NCBI GenBank assembly: GCA_938023515.1
Contig: CALJDR010000052.1
Span: 6,615 to 70,614 of the forward strand
Reading direction: 5' to 3'
DNA length: 64,000 bases
Source of the DNA: an uncultured Flavobacteriales bacterium
GTDB lineage: Bacteria; Bacteroidota; Bacteroidia; Flavobacteriales; UBA1820
Shown: in pieces, positions 25,497-34,809 of the stretch
Layout: the number at the start of each line of letters is the position of its first letter
How positions within the stretch are numbered: position 1 is the stretch's first letter
Notes under the pieces: generated by a model
What the model was told of the DNA's origin: nothing
The model's input: only the letters and a program-made list of their open reading frames with translations
Database searches by the model: none
Program-made: the position numbers and the translations under genes

Positions 25497-25512
25497 GCTT
25501 TCGCTATATTTG
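25497..25512 (+). promoter_or_regulatory. Promoter-like 16-mer GCTTTCGCTATATTTG, copy 2, likely promoter of the GNAT gene
   Basis: Exact 16-mer. A TTTG at 25481-25484 fits a -33 element 20 nt upstream. The ATG is 28 nt downstream. Confidence 0.5.
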
Positions 25513-25539
25513 AAAATATAACCCAACCTTTCAAACGCC

Positions 25540-25815
25540 ATGGAATACCAGATAAAACACGACACGGACGCAAAACGATTTGAAACTACTGTGGACGGTA
25601 CGGATGCTTTCCTCGAATACAAACTCAACGACGGGATACTGGACATCCGCCACACGATCGTCCCCAAACCGATAGAAGGACGCGGGATCGCTGCGAGTCT
25701 GGTAAAGACTGCCCTCGAATACGCCCGTGAAAACAACCTGGCGGTAAGGCCATCCTGTTGGTATGCCGACATATATGTCCAACGGCATCCCCAGTACGCA
25801 GACTTACTGGCCTGA
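25540..25815 (+). CDS. Small GNAT-family N-acetyltransferase (YjdJ-like)
   Basis: The 91-aa protein has FLEYKLNDGILDIRHTIVPKPIEGRGIAASLVKTALEYAREN, typical of single-domain GNAT proteins. Confidence 0.65.
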   Translation: MEYQIKHDTDAKRFETTVDGTDAFLEYKLNDGILDIRHTIVPKPIEGRGIAASLVKTALEYARENNLAVRPSCWYADIYVQRHPQYADLLA

Positions 25816-25828
25816 CGCAAACCTTACG

Positions 25829-26530
25829 ATGACCCTCGAAAAACAGATCGAAATTTATTTAAAAGACCTCGGCGCCGGATTCGTCCGCTTTGTCGATCTG
25901 TCCCATTTGGCCCCAAAGCAGAACAAAGGACTGCCTTACGCGGTAGTATTCGGTCTGGTCCTTTCTCCCGGTTATATCCGGGAGGTAGCCGATACGCCCG
26001 ACTATGTAGCCCGGCGGGTGGAGAACGATTACGATTTCGACGATGACGAATACTACCTGAACGAATTGAAAACAGGGGAATTGTCGGACAAACTGTTCGG
26101 GTTTCTGGAAGAAAAAGGATTCCGGGCTCACTCCCTTTCGGACGAAAACCAGGCGAAGCAAGGGGATTATGATGCCTCGCTCCAGGCAACTCCCCTGCCC
26201 CACAAGACAATCGCCCTATTGGCCGGGCTCGGATGGATTGGCCGGCATAACCTTTTAGTTACCGACAAATACGGAAGCGGGGTGAATATTGGAGCCGTAC
26301 TGACGAATGCCCTCCTTTCCGCGCATTCCTACGAGCCGCCCTTTCCCAAGTGCGGAAAATGCCGGCAATGTGTGGACGTTTGCCAGCCTGGTGCTATCAA
26401 AGGTATCCTGTGGGGAAAAGATGTAGTCCGGGACGACATCATCGATGTGGAAAAGTGTACGACCTGTCTGAAATGCCTGGTATTTTGTCCCTGGACACAA
26501 GCTTATATGAAAAAAGCGAGTGGTTTTTAA
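25829..26530 (+). CDS. 4Fe-4S ferredoxin-domain protein (epoxyqueuosine-reductase-like)
   Basis: Cys clusters are CGKCRQCVDVCQPGAI and CTTCLKCLVFCP. Start chosen at MTLEKQ. Confidence 0.6.
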   Translation: MTLEKQIEIYLKDLGAGFVRFVDLSHLAPKQNKGLPYAVVFGLVLSPGYIREVADTPDYVARRVENDYDFDDDEYYLNELKTGELSDKLFGFLEEKGFRAHSLSDENQAKQGDYDASLQATPLPHKTIALLAGLGWIGRHNLLVTDKYGSGVNIGAVLTNALLSAHSYEPPFPKCGKCRQCVDVCQPGAIKGILWGKDVVRDDIIDVEKCTTCLKCLVFCPWTQAYMKKASGF

Positions 26531-26545
26531 AATTTTATCGACCTG

Positions 26546-27208
26546 TCATTCTACGCTTGTAATAGTCGCGTCCGGGAGTTCCTGGATAAAAGAAAATAAT
26601 TGAGGCACTTCCTTTCGCCGGCGCATCTTGATGAACATCGACACATTGTATATCGTCAGTTCCCCATGCTTTTCCTCCTGCGTAGTATAGCTGAGAATGG
26701 GGTATTTATGCCGGCATATCTCGTCCATCACTTTGGCCAGGTTTCTCCGGTCGGTCGTGGTAAAAGTCAGCGACAAACTACGCAGCCCTACGTTCTTGAA
26801 TAATACGGTAAGCAGTTCCATCCCCGCCAGGGTCAGCACTGTAGCAGCCGCTCCCAGGATATACATACCGCCACCTACCGCCATACCGATACCGGCCGTG
26901 GCCCACATGCCCGCCGCCGTGGTGAGCCCGCGAACAAATTGTTTCTGGAATATAATGGTACCAGCCCCCAGGAATCCGATCCCGCTGACGATCTGGGCAG
27001 CCACACGGCTGGGATCCAGCCCTACCCCTTCCTTGCCCAGTACCCCCGCAAAACCGTATTGGGATACAATCATGAACAACGCACTACCCAGCGACACCAG
27101 GAAATGCGTACGGAACCCAGCCTCTTTTGCCCGGTATTCCCTGTCCAGTCCTATGACGGCGCCCAGCACTCCGGCCAGCAGTAAACGCCCGATAAATTCC
27201 CATTCCAT
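26546..27208 (-). CDS. MgtC/SapB family membrane protein
   Basis: LLLAGVLGAVIGLDREYRAKEAGFRTHFLVSLGSALF is the MgtC signature region. Confidence 0.8.
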   Translation of the reverse strand: MEWEFIGRLLLAGVLGAVIGLDREYRAKEAGFRTHFLVSLGSALFMIVSQYGFAGVLGKEGVGLDPSRVAAQIVSGIGFLGAGTIIFQKQFVRGLTTAAGMWATAGIGMAVGGGMYILGAAATVLTLAGMELLTVLFKNVGLRSLSLTFTTTDRRNLAKVMDEICRHKYPILSYTTQEEKHGELTIYNVSMFIKMRRRKEVPQLFSFIQELPDATITSVE

Positions 27209-27236
27209 GTTTTTCTCGGTTTAAACGGTTTATTTA

Positions 27237-27251
27237 CAAATATAGCGAAAG
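27237..27251 (-). promoter_or_regulatory. -7 promoter box within CTTTCGCTATATTTG
   Basis: The reverse complement matches 15 of 16 positions of the recurrent 16-mer, 29 nt upstream of the MgtC start. Confidence 0.5.
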
Positions 27252-27337
27252 TTTTGCCCTTCCGGTCGGCAGGTATCGGTATAGTCCGGCCAAAGTTTCA
27301 ATCCCGAATCACACTGCCCGCCAAATTATTCGTATTC

Positions 27338-27673
27338 TTATTTCAGCAAATTTTCTTTTGCGCCGGGAGCATGCTGAAAAACAGCACCGACTATCTGGCA
27401 GCTATCCAATTCCTTACAGTCTCCGCAGGTATCATACCCCTTTTCATGTACGCATTTGCGGATTTGGCAATAATCGCTGCAAAACGCAAATTTCGCGCCG
27501 TCTGTCCGGCAGCCCATGCAATCGATTGTCGCCGCGGTAATCTGTGGCGCATTGTTCATTACGCTCCACTTTTGGGCTGTTTTTTCCCGCAGATCATCGT
27601 CATTGGCGACTGTGGCGATACGGGCATCGCAGCTTTCGCAGTCCAATCCGCAACACGCGATTAATTGTTTCAT
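27338..27673 (-). CDS. DUF3795-like Cys-rich protein
   Basis: CCGLDCESCDA ... CMGC ... CQIRKC ... CGDCKELDSC pattern. Confidence 0.6.
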   Translation of the reverse strand: MKQLIACCGLDCESCDARIATVANDDDLREKTAQKWSVMNNAPQITAATIDCMGCRTDGAKFAFCSDYCQIRKCVHEKGYDTCGDCKELDSCQIVGAVFQHAPGAKENLLK

Positions 27674-27695
27674 CAGTTAGTTATTTTACCATTCA

Positions 27696-27706
27696 CAAAT
27701 ATAGCG
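27696..27706 (-). promoter_or_regulatory. -7 promoter box (CGCTATATTTG)
   Basis: The reverse complement contains TATATTTG, 23 nt upstream of the 27673 start. Confidence 0.45.
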
Positions 27707-27875
27707 GAAACCAACCGCCCCGCCAAGGTTTTTCGTTTTTTGCTCACGTTCACGGGGATTTCCGATCGGCTTTTCGGGACATCGGAACGGGAAAGAATTC
27801 TTTTGTCCCTCTCTTGCAGGGGAGCGAAAAATGCCGTACCTTAGTACATTGACCAAAACTATAACTCTTGCAGAA

Positions 27876-29195
27876 ATGGATATCAGAATTCCCAAAACGT
27901 CCAAAAAACGCGTGGTGATCGTCGGCGGTGGTTTTGCCGGCCTGACGATCGTGAAAAAGCTGGACAGCAAGCGGTTCCAGATCGTCCTTATCGACCGGAA
28001 CAACTACCACCAGTTCCCGCCCCTGCTTTACCAGGTGGCTTCGGCCGGACTGGAACCCAGCTCCATCTGCTTCCCTTTCCGCAAGCTTTTCCACCGGGAA
28101 AAGGACTTTTACTTCCGCATGGCCGAAGTCCGGGAAATATACCCTGAAAAGAACAGTATCGTCACTTCCGTGGGTGAATTGTCGTACGACTACCTGATCC
28201 TGGCCGGAGGGACGACCACCAACTATTACGGGAACAAGGCCATCGAAGATGCCGCCCTGCCCATGAAAGACGTCCGCGAGGCGATTGCTCTGCGCAGCTC
28301 CCTTCTGCTGAACCTCGAACGGGCTCTGGACGACGAAGACTGCAAGGAACGCCGGGCGCTGCTCAACGTGGTGATCGTCGGGGGAGGTGCCACCGGGGTG
28401 GAGATCGCCGGGGCACTGGCGGAAATGCGGCGTTTCATCATCCCGAAAGACTATCCGGATCTGCGGGCCAAAATGAACGTATACCTGGTGGAAGGCACCA
28501 ACCGCTTGCTCGGGGTCATGTCAGACAGCGCCTCCCAAAGCGCCCGCGAATATTTGGAAAAAATGGGCGTAAAAATTATGCTCAACAAACGGGTGACCGA
28601 TTACCGCGACGGCAGCGTCGTATTCGACGGCGGAGAGACCATCCCGACCAACAGCCTGATCTGGGTGAGCGGCGTGACGGCGACCCGTTTCGAGGGTATC
28701 CCCAAAGAAAAGACCGGCCGGGGCGGACGCATCCTGGTAGACGCCTATAACCGCCTAAAGGATTCTAACAACATATTCGTGGTGGGCGACCTCTGCTTGT
28801 TACAAGACGAAAAATACCCCAACGGGCATCCCCAGGTGGCACAGGTAGCCATCCAGCAGGGGAAAAGGGTGGCCAAAAACCTGAACAACCTTTCCAAAGG
28901 AAAAAATATCGAACCCTTCCGTTACAAGGACTACGGTACGATGGCTACCATCGGGCGCAACAAAGCCGTCGCCGACCTGAACGGGGTGCACCTTCACGGC
29001 TTTCTCGCTTGGGCCATGTGGCTGACGATACACCTGCGGTCTATCCTGGGCGTAAAGAATAAGTTCATGGTGCTGTTCAACTGGATATGGAACTATTTCA
29101 CCTATGACCAGTCCACCCGGTTCATCTTTTTCAACCCATGCCACAAGGAAGACAAAAGCCCGTGGGACAAACCCAAAGACTGTTTCGAGGAGTAG
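27876..29195 (+). CDS. Type II NADH dehydrogenase (NDH-2) / FAD-dependent pyridine nucleotide-disulfide oxidoreductase
   Basis: Two Rossmann motifs, VVIVGGGFAGL and VVIVGGGATGVE. Start chosen at MDIRIPKTSKK. Confidence 0.8.
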   Translation: MDIRIPKTSKKRVVIVGGGFAGLTIVKKLDSKRFQIVLIDRNNYHQFPPLLYQVASAGLEPSSICFPFRKLFHREKDFYFRMAEVREIYPEKNSIVTSVGELSYDYLILAGGTTTNYYGNKAIEDAALPMKDVREAIALRSSLLLNLERALDDEDCKERRALLNVVIVGGGATGVEIAGALAEMRRFIIPKDYPDLRAKMNVYLVEGTNRLLGVMSDSASQSAREYLEKMGVKIMLNKRVTDYRDGSVVFDGGETIPTNSLIWVSGVTATRFEGIPKEKTGRGGRILVDAYNRLKDSNNIFVVGDLCLLQDEKYPNGHPQVAQVAIQQGKRVAKNLNNLSKGKNIEPFRYKDYGTMATIGRNKAVADLNGVHLHGFLAWAMWLTIHLRSILGVKNKFMVLFNWIWNYFTYDQSTRFIFFNPCHKEDKSPWDKPKDCFEE

Positions 29196-29439
29196 ATCGT
29201 AAAAATATTCAATTCGCTTTCCTAAAAATTGAAACTGATAGTTTGTTTCTTCGTATTTTTGTCCCAAAACTAAGCATTCGCATGCATACGAACAATCCTC
29301 CGGTAGCCTGACAAGGCTAAATAACCGGATCTTCAGAATTTTTCCCCGGCATTCTTAGGCCGGGAAGATTGTTATACTTCTTCCATCCAAAGTCGTTTAG
29401 CCTTCGTTTTACGTTTTCTCGTTCACAAACTAAACAATT

Positions 29440-30351
29440 TTGGAAAAAATGAAAAACATTCGATATTTTTCGATGGTTCTTTTCGGAGGAGTCCTGTACG
29501 GTATGATGTCTTCGTTTGTAAAACTATCGTATGCGAAAGGCTATAATGCCGCCGAACTATCTTTCTATCAGGCTTTATTGGCAGCCCTATTTCTTGGAAC
29601 ATGTGCCTTATGTTCCCGCAAAAAACAGAAGGCAGCACTATCCGGGCAAAAATTGCTCCCGTTAATCCTGGCCGGAAGCGCGATCGGCCTCACCAATTTT
29701 CTATATTACCTTTCCGTCCAGTATATAGCGGCTTCATTGGCTATCGTCATCCTCATGCAGTTTACCTGGTTTTGCCTGCTCATAGAGTGGCTGTGCTTTG
29801 GGAAAAAACCGTCCGGGCAGGAAATAGGAACCGTATTTATGGTCTGGAGCGGAACCGTTATGGCCGGGAATTTGCTTTCCGGCGCCGCAACCTCCTTTTC
29901 CTGGAAAGGGTTCCTTTTTGCAGCCCTATCCTCTCTGACGTACGCCCTATATATCGTAGCCAACAGCCGGACCGGAAAGAACATGGCCTGGCCGGTAAAA
30001 AGTACGCTGATCATGGTCGGGTCTGCCCTTACTATCTTTTGCATCAATTTCCGGACGATCATCTGGGACAATCATTTCAGCCCCGATTTTTTCGGCCGGA
30101 TAGCATTCCTCGCGATCTTGGGGACAACGCTCCCCACCGCACTGTTCGCCGTAGGAATACCCAAAATAGGGGTCGGGATCAGTGCCATCTTGATGACAAT
30201 CGAGCTCCCGACAGCTGTCCTGTGCGCGCATCTCATCCTGAGCGAAGATATTACTTTCGTACAAATGAGCGGCCTACTGGTCATGGTGTCGTCTATTTCC
30301 TGGATGAACTTTCGCAAATCGCGGTTAAAAGCCTTAAAACAGCTCGATTAA
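29440..30351 (+). CDS. EamA/DMT-family transporter
   Basis: About 10 TM segments in two repeated halves, as in EamA proteins. Confidence 0.65.
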   Translation: MEKMKNIRYFSMVLFGGVLYGMMSSFVKLSYAKGYNAAELSFYQALLAALFLGTCALCSRKKQKAALSGQKLLPLILAGSAIGLTNFLYYLSVQYIAASLAIVILMQFTWFCLLIEWLCFGKKPSGQEIGTVFMVWSGTVMAGNLLSGAATSFSWKGFLFAALSSLTYALYIVANSRTGKNMAWPVKSTLIMVGSALTIFCINFRTIIWDNHFSPDFFGRIAFLAILGTTLPTALFAVGIPKIGVGISAILMTIELPTAVLCAHLILSEDITFVQMSGLLVMVSSISWMNFRKSRLKALKQLD

Positions 30352-30521
30352 GCCCTGTTTTGCATAAACTAATGGGTATGAGCCGGGGGTAAAAGATTTT
30401 CCTCCCGGCTTTTTTCTTTCCCAAATAGTTAATTTCAAAATAAAGCCTTCGTTTGTAAGTATTTATCCCTACCTTTAAAGAATTAGACCCAAGCAACCCT
30501 AAACCTTAAAACCGAATAATC

Positions 30522-32069
30522 ATGAAAAAGAAAAAAAGCCCCCTCCCGGCTATCCTGCTGGCCCTACTGGTCGTTGTCGTCATTCTGGCGGCCGTTTTGG
30601 TCATCCGCACAGCGACTTACCCGTTCGCCAAAACCCCGGCGCAAAGCCATGTACAACCCGTCCGGCACCACCCGACCGTACAGTCCCTGGAACGCCTTGC
30701 AGGAGGCATCCGCATACCGACGGTAAGCAGCGAAGTCGACCGGGAAACGGACAATCCTTTCGTCCGCTTCAAAGAATACCTGCGGGAGTCCTATCCCATC
30801 GTTTACGCCCGCATGGACACCCTTACAATAAATAAATACGGTCTGCTGTTTCACTGGAAAGGGAGCGACCCTTCACTGGAACCGATCCTGTTCTGCTCGC
30901 ATTACGACGTAGTTCCCGTAGTGGGATACGAGCCCGTTTCCACCCCGGCGGATTCCGTGATCTTCCAACCCAACGACACTCCCGCCCCGCCCCTGGACCA
31001 TTTTTCCACCCGGTGGGATTATCCTCCCTTTTCCGGGGACGTGGTCGAGGGCCGGGTATACGGCCGCGGAACGCTCGATATGAAAGGCATGCTGTTCGGC
31101 ATTATGGAAGCGGCCGATACGCTGCTTAAGGAAGGGTTCACACCCCAGCGGGATATCTGGTTTGCCTTCGGGTTCGACGAGGAGATCGGCGGCACGGAAG
31201 GGGCCCTGAAAATTGCCGAATATTTCCGGGAAAAAGGCCTTTCGTTCGCGGCCGTTTACGATGAAGGCGGTATTGTGGCAGCTCCCGGTCTGGGGGGCAT
31301 CTCCATCCCTATGGCTTTAGTAGGTACGGCCGAAAAAGGCTTCTGCACGATCCGTATCGACGTGCGGGGCACGGGAGGACACTCGTCCATGCCTCCGGCC
31401 AAAGGATCGCTCGTTCAAGCGGCAGAGATCATCGAAAAGCTCAACACCCACCAGATACCCGCCCTAATGACCACTCCGGTATCCGCATTCCTGAAAAACG
31501 TAGGCGGCACAATGGGTTATGCTTCCCGGCTGGCTATCGCCAACCAATGGCTGTTGGGCGGTGTGCTGACACGAAAACTCTCCGAAACGCCGGCCACCAA
31601 CGCGCTGATCCGCACGACGACTGCCGTTACGATGGCTAAGGGTAGCGACGCGGCGAATGTCCTGTCCTCGGTCTCGGAAATTGTGGTCAATTTCCGCATC
31701 CTTCCCGGGGAAACCGTGGCCGATGTAGAGAACCATGTCAAAAATATTTGTGAAGGATACGATACCGATATTACCGTTCTGTCCGCCCGGGAACCGTCCA
31801 AAACGTCCGGCACGGATACCCGCGGGTTCCAGATGATCCGGGAAAGTATATCTCGCCTATACCCCGATGCACGGGTGACACCCTATTTGACCATCGGCGG
31901 GACCGACGCCTACAAATACCAGACGGTGAGCAACGATATATACCGTTTCATGCCTGTCTACCTGAACGAATACGAACAGCGGACCATACACAACGAGAAC
32001 GAATTCATTTCGCTGGAAAATTTCGGGAATATGATCGAGCATTTCCGGTATATCATGGCCGGGTTCTGA
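30522..32069 (+). CDS. M20/M28-family metallopeptidase with an N-terminal membrane anchor
   Basis: SHYDVVP, GRGTLDMKG and FGFDEEIGG metal-binding motifs. Confidence 0.8.
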   Translation: MKKKKSPLPAILLALLVVVVILAAVLVIRTATYPFAKTPAQSHVQPVRHHPTVQSLERLAGGIRIPTVSSEVDRETDNPFVRFKEYLRESYPIVYARMDTLTINKYGLLFHWKGSDPSLEPILFCSHYDVVPVVGYEPVSTPADSVIFQPNDTPAPPLDHFSTRWDYPPFSGDVVEGRVYGRGTLDMKGMLFGIMEAADTLLKEGFTPQRDIWFAFGFDEEIGGTEGALKIAEYFREKGLSFAAVYDEGGIVAAPGLGGISIPMALVGTAEKGFCTIRIDVRGTGGHSSMPPAKGSLVQAAEIIEKLNTHQIPALMTTPVSAFLKNVGGTMGYASRLAIANQWLLGGVLTRKLSETPATNALIRTTTAVTMAKGSDAANVLSSVSEIVVNFRILPGETVADVENHVKNICEGYDTDITVLSAREPSKTSGTDTRGFQMIRESISRLYPDARVTPYLTIGGTDAYKYQTVSNDIYRFMPVYLNEYEQRTIHNENEFISLENFGNMIEHFRYIMAGF

Positions 32070-32100
32070 GCGGAAGTTTGCCCCGGCGGTTTATATTGGC

Positions 32101-32108
32101 TACCTTTG
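32101..32108 (+). promoter_or_regulatory. -7 promoter box TACCTTTG
   Basis: Exact TAnnTTTG, 20 nt upstream of the ATG at 32128. Confidence 0.45.
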
Positions 32109-32127
32109 CGCTTTTTGCAAACAAGCC

Positions 32128-33213
32128 ATGGAAATCAACGTATTGAAAAAAGACTGCCGGGACATTTACAATACCCCCATCGTGCAGCAGACGGCATTTT
32201 GGTCCCAGGTGAAGAACCATCAGGGCCTGGCCACCAAAGCATTCGACTTTAAAGTGAAGAACCGGGACATATACGCCGGGGTGGGCGGCTATTCGAGTAC
32301 CGACGCCGACCTGCTGGTGGTCGAACGTCCCGTCGGACGGGACAATTGCATCGCATACGTGCCTTACGGCCCGGAGATAGAACCTTCGGAAGAGAACCAG
32401 GGACGTTTCCTGGAAGAACTCTCGGAAGTCATGCGCCCATACCTGCCCAAAAACTGCATCGCCGTCCGCTACGACCTGAACTGGCGTTCGCACTGGGAAG
32501 GGGAAACGCCGGAGAAAAAATTCCAGGAGTTCAACCTGAATTACAATACTGTCCAATGGAACCTGCGCAAGAGCAACTGCGACATCCTGCCATCGGCCAC
32601 CATATTCCTCGACCTGTCTCCGGCTCCGGACGAGATCCTCGAACGGATGAAGCCCAAAACGCGGTACAACATCCGTCTGGCCCAGCGCAAAGGAGTGCAG
32701 GTGAGAAGGGCCGGGATGGAACAAATCGATATCTGGTATGAACTCTATAAGGATACCTCCCACCGGAACGGACTTTTCGTCAACGGTATCGAATACTTCA
32801 CCTCGGTCATTGCCGCCCGGGCGGACGACACTTCTTCCCCGGCGCATGTGGAACTGCTGATCGCCGAATTGGACGGGGTGCCGCTGGCCGCCATGTTCCT
32901 GGTGATCGCCGAACACCGGGGAACCTACCTCTACGGGGCCTCCTCTTCCGAAAAGCGGAACTGCATGCCCACCTACGCCCTGCAATGGGAAGCCATCCAA
33001 CTGTCCAAAACGTTCGGATGCACGGAATACGATATGTTCGGTGTGTCGCCGGGCCCGCAACCGTCCCACCCTATGTTCGGGCTGTACCAGTTCAAGACCG
33101 GGTTCGGCGGGGAACTGTTCCACCACCTGGGTTGCTGGGATTACCTGCTGGACGAGGATAATTATACCCTGCTCCAGCTGCGGGAAATGCACATGCAGGG
33201 GTATTACATTTAG
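32128..33213 (+). CDS. FemAB-family aminoacyltransferase-like protein
   Basis: GTYLYGASSSEKRNCMPTYALQWEAIQLSKTFGCTEYDMFGV resembles the conserved FemAB C-terminal core. Confidence 0.65.
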   Translation: MEINVLKKDCRDIYNTPIVQQTAFWSQVKNHQGLATKAFDFKVKNRDIYAGVGGYSSTDADLLVVERPVGRDNCIAYVPYGPEIEPSEENQGRFLEELSEVMRPYLPKNCIAVRYDLNWRSHWEGETPEKKFQEFNLNYNTVQWNLRKSNCDILPSATIFLDLSPAPDEILERMKPKTRYNIRLAQRKGVQVRRAGMEQIDIWYELYKDTSHRNGLFVNGIEYFTSVIAARADDTSSPAHVELLIAELDGVPLAAMFLVIAEHRGTYLYGASSSEKRNCMPTYALQWEAIQLSKTFGCTEYDMFGVSPGPQPSHPMFGLYQFKTGFGGELFHHLGCWDYLLDEDNYTLLQLREMHMQGYYI

Positions 33214-33349
33214 CATGGTCCGCAGAGTTTTCAATCGCGTCCCGCCGGGCAACGCAATAGTCCTATAGGTATTTTCAATTGAAAAAGCAGCATGTTAGGC
33301 GAATAAATTCCTTATCTTTAGGGAGTAATACAGCGAAAAAGACCCGACC

Positions 33350-33826
33350 ATGAAAAAACTGATCTTCCTTATCCTCTCGGCATTCCCGCTTCTATCGGCG
33401 GGACAGGCTATCACAGGCGGCGACGCCATCCTGGGTAAAAAATGGTGGACAGGCCCCAGGCAAGAGGCCCAGATCGAATTTTTCCGCAACGCGGGGGATT
33501 CCACATTCTATGCAAAACTGGTATGGATGCTCTACCCGGACCTTCCGAACGGATCCCCGGCGCTCGACACCAAGAACCCCGACCGGGCCTTGCGCAGCCG
33601 TCCGATGCTCGGCATGAGCCTGATCGACACACTGACCTACACCGGGTACAATCAATGGTTTACCCGCCGCATGTACGTCCCGGAGGAAGGGATGTACGTA
33701 CGGGCACATATTACCCTGGAAAGCGATGGAAACCTGGGCCTGCGGGTAAGCAAACTCGGAGTCGTGGTCGATAAAACATTTGTAAAGGTGCCCCCTGCGA
33801 CGGCCGACACGACAGGATTGCGCTGA
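33350..33826 (+). CDS. DUF2147-like secreted protein
   Basis: Signal peptide present, with GKKWWT...EAQIEFF...YAKLVWM as in DUF2147. Confidence 0.55.
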   Translation: MKKLIFLILSAFPLLSAGQAITGGDAILGKKWWTGPRQEAQIEFFRNAGDSTFYAKLVWMLYPDLPNGSPALDTKNPDRALRSRPMLGMSLIDTLTYTGYNQWFTRRMYVPEEGMYVRAHITLESDGNLGLRVSKLGVVVDKTFVKVPPATADTTGLR

Positions 33827-33834
33827 GACAGTCC

Positions 33835-34668
33835 TTATTTTTCTTTCATCGGCTGGCAGACTGGACAATAATACACCGTACCTCCCAAATAGGCCTCTTT
33901 CACGATTTCACCCCCGCAGCGCGGGCAAGGAGATTTGTATGTGTTTTTTGAAAGGAGGCTCTTGTAGCCGCCCCAGTTGCCCAGCATATCCTTTTCCGTA
34001 TCACGGCCGCCGGCATTTGCCATAGCCGCCAGCGTACCTTTCAGCGCAAGAAACAAAGTTCCCCACTGCGAGTCGTTGAGCGTCGAGATTTTCCGTTTGG
34101 GGTGTATGCCTGCTTCGAACAGGATATCCTGCAATACGCCGTTGCCCAGACCCGGGATCCGCTGCTCGGTGGCCAGCAGCGCCTTGACCGAAACGTCTTT
34201 TTTCATACCCTTTACGATTCCCCGGAAATACGCTTCGTCAAAACGGTCGTCCAGTGGCGGTATTTTGGTCCGGGCTCCCTGGTAATACGGGTTGTCGAAC
34301 GTACCGGTATAGGCGTATATGCCTCCGTACATGGCTACCGTAAACACCAGCGCACTCCCGTCCTTCATCACGATAGCCAATTGATGTTTGATCGGGGCAT
34401 CTTTCTCCGATTCGAAATAACGGATATTCGTTCCGTCCCCGACCAGGATATGGGCATCATTCCCTATGTCGATTTCGACAAAAGAACCGTATCCATGCAC
34501 GCCTGTGACCGTTTTACCGGCCAGCATCGCAGAATACGATTCGGGGGCACCGTTATACCAGGTAAATTTATGCGGACTGGTGGGGGGTATCACTTCTTCG
34601 ACGGTCTTGCCCACCAACAAACGGGCTCCCTGGCGGGACAAAGTGAGGGATTCGGGGATTTCGATCAT
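33835..34668 (-). CDS. Fpg/Nei-family DNA glycosylase-like protein lacking the N-terminal Pro
   Basis: H2TH region is GLGNGVLQDILFEAGIHPKRKISTL. The C-terminal zinc finger is CPRCGGEIVKEAYLGGTVYYCPVC. The N-terminus is MIEIPES instead of MPELPEV. Confidence 0.65.
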   Translation of the reverse strand: MIEIPESLTLSRQGARLLVGKTVEEVIPPTSPHKFTWYNGAPESYSAMLAGKTVTGVHGYGSFVEIDIGNDAHILVGDGTNIRYFESEKDAPIKHQLAIVMKDGSALVFTVAMYGGIYAYTGTFDNPYYQGARTKIPPLDDRFDEAYFRGIVKGMKKDVSVKALLATEQRIPGLGNGVLQDILFEAGIHPKRKISTLNDSQWGTLFLALKGTLAAMANAGGRDTEKDMLGNWGGYKSLLSKNTYKSPCPRCGGEIVKEAYLGGTVYYCPVCQPMKEK

Positions 34669-34749
34669 GTGTTTTCAGGTATTAAGTAAGTGTCCGGGAC
34701 AGGCCTTTGGGGGTAAAGATAGTAAAAATCCGCTTTTACCAGCCGGTAT

Positions 34750-34782
34750 AAAAACAACAGGGCCGGCATTTGCCGGCCCTGT
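34750..34782 (-). terminator. Rho-independent terminator of the peroxiredoxin gene
   Basis: ACAGGGCCGGCA / TGCCGGCCCTGT stem. The A-run on the plus side is a U-run on the minus strand. Confidence 0.65.
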
Positions 34783-34809
34783 TTCATTTGGGTATCTCCT
34801 TCATCGATC

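Noticed and set aside
29196-29439. Two hairpins (TCCGGTAGCC...GGCTAAATAACCGGA and TTCCCCGGC...GCCGGGAA) sit in the 244-nt leader of the EamA transporter gene.
   Set aside because: There is no match to a known cis-regulatory RNA by eye and no U-run after either hairpin. The evidence is insufficient to call a regulatory element.
32053-33252. A 399-aa minus-strand ORF lies antisense to the FemAB-like gene. Similar long antisense ORFs are at 35648-36583, 46103-47464, 58076-59701 and 52089-53000.
   Set aside because: All lie opposite genes with clear family motifs (FemAB, Nramp, OstA-like, PepD, DnaX) and have no independent support.
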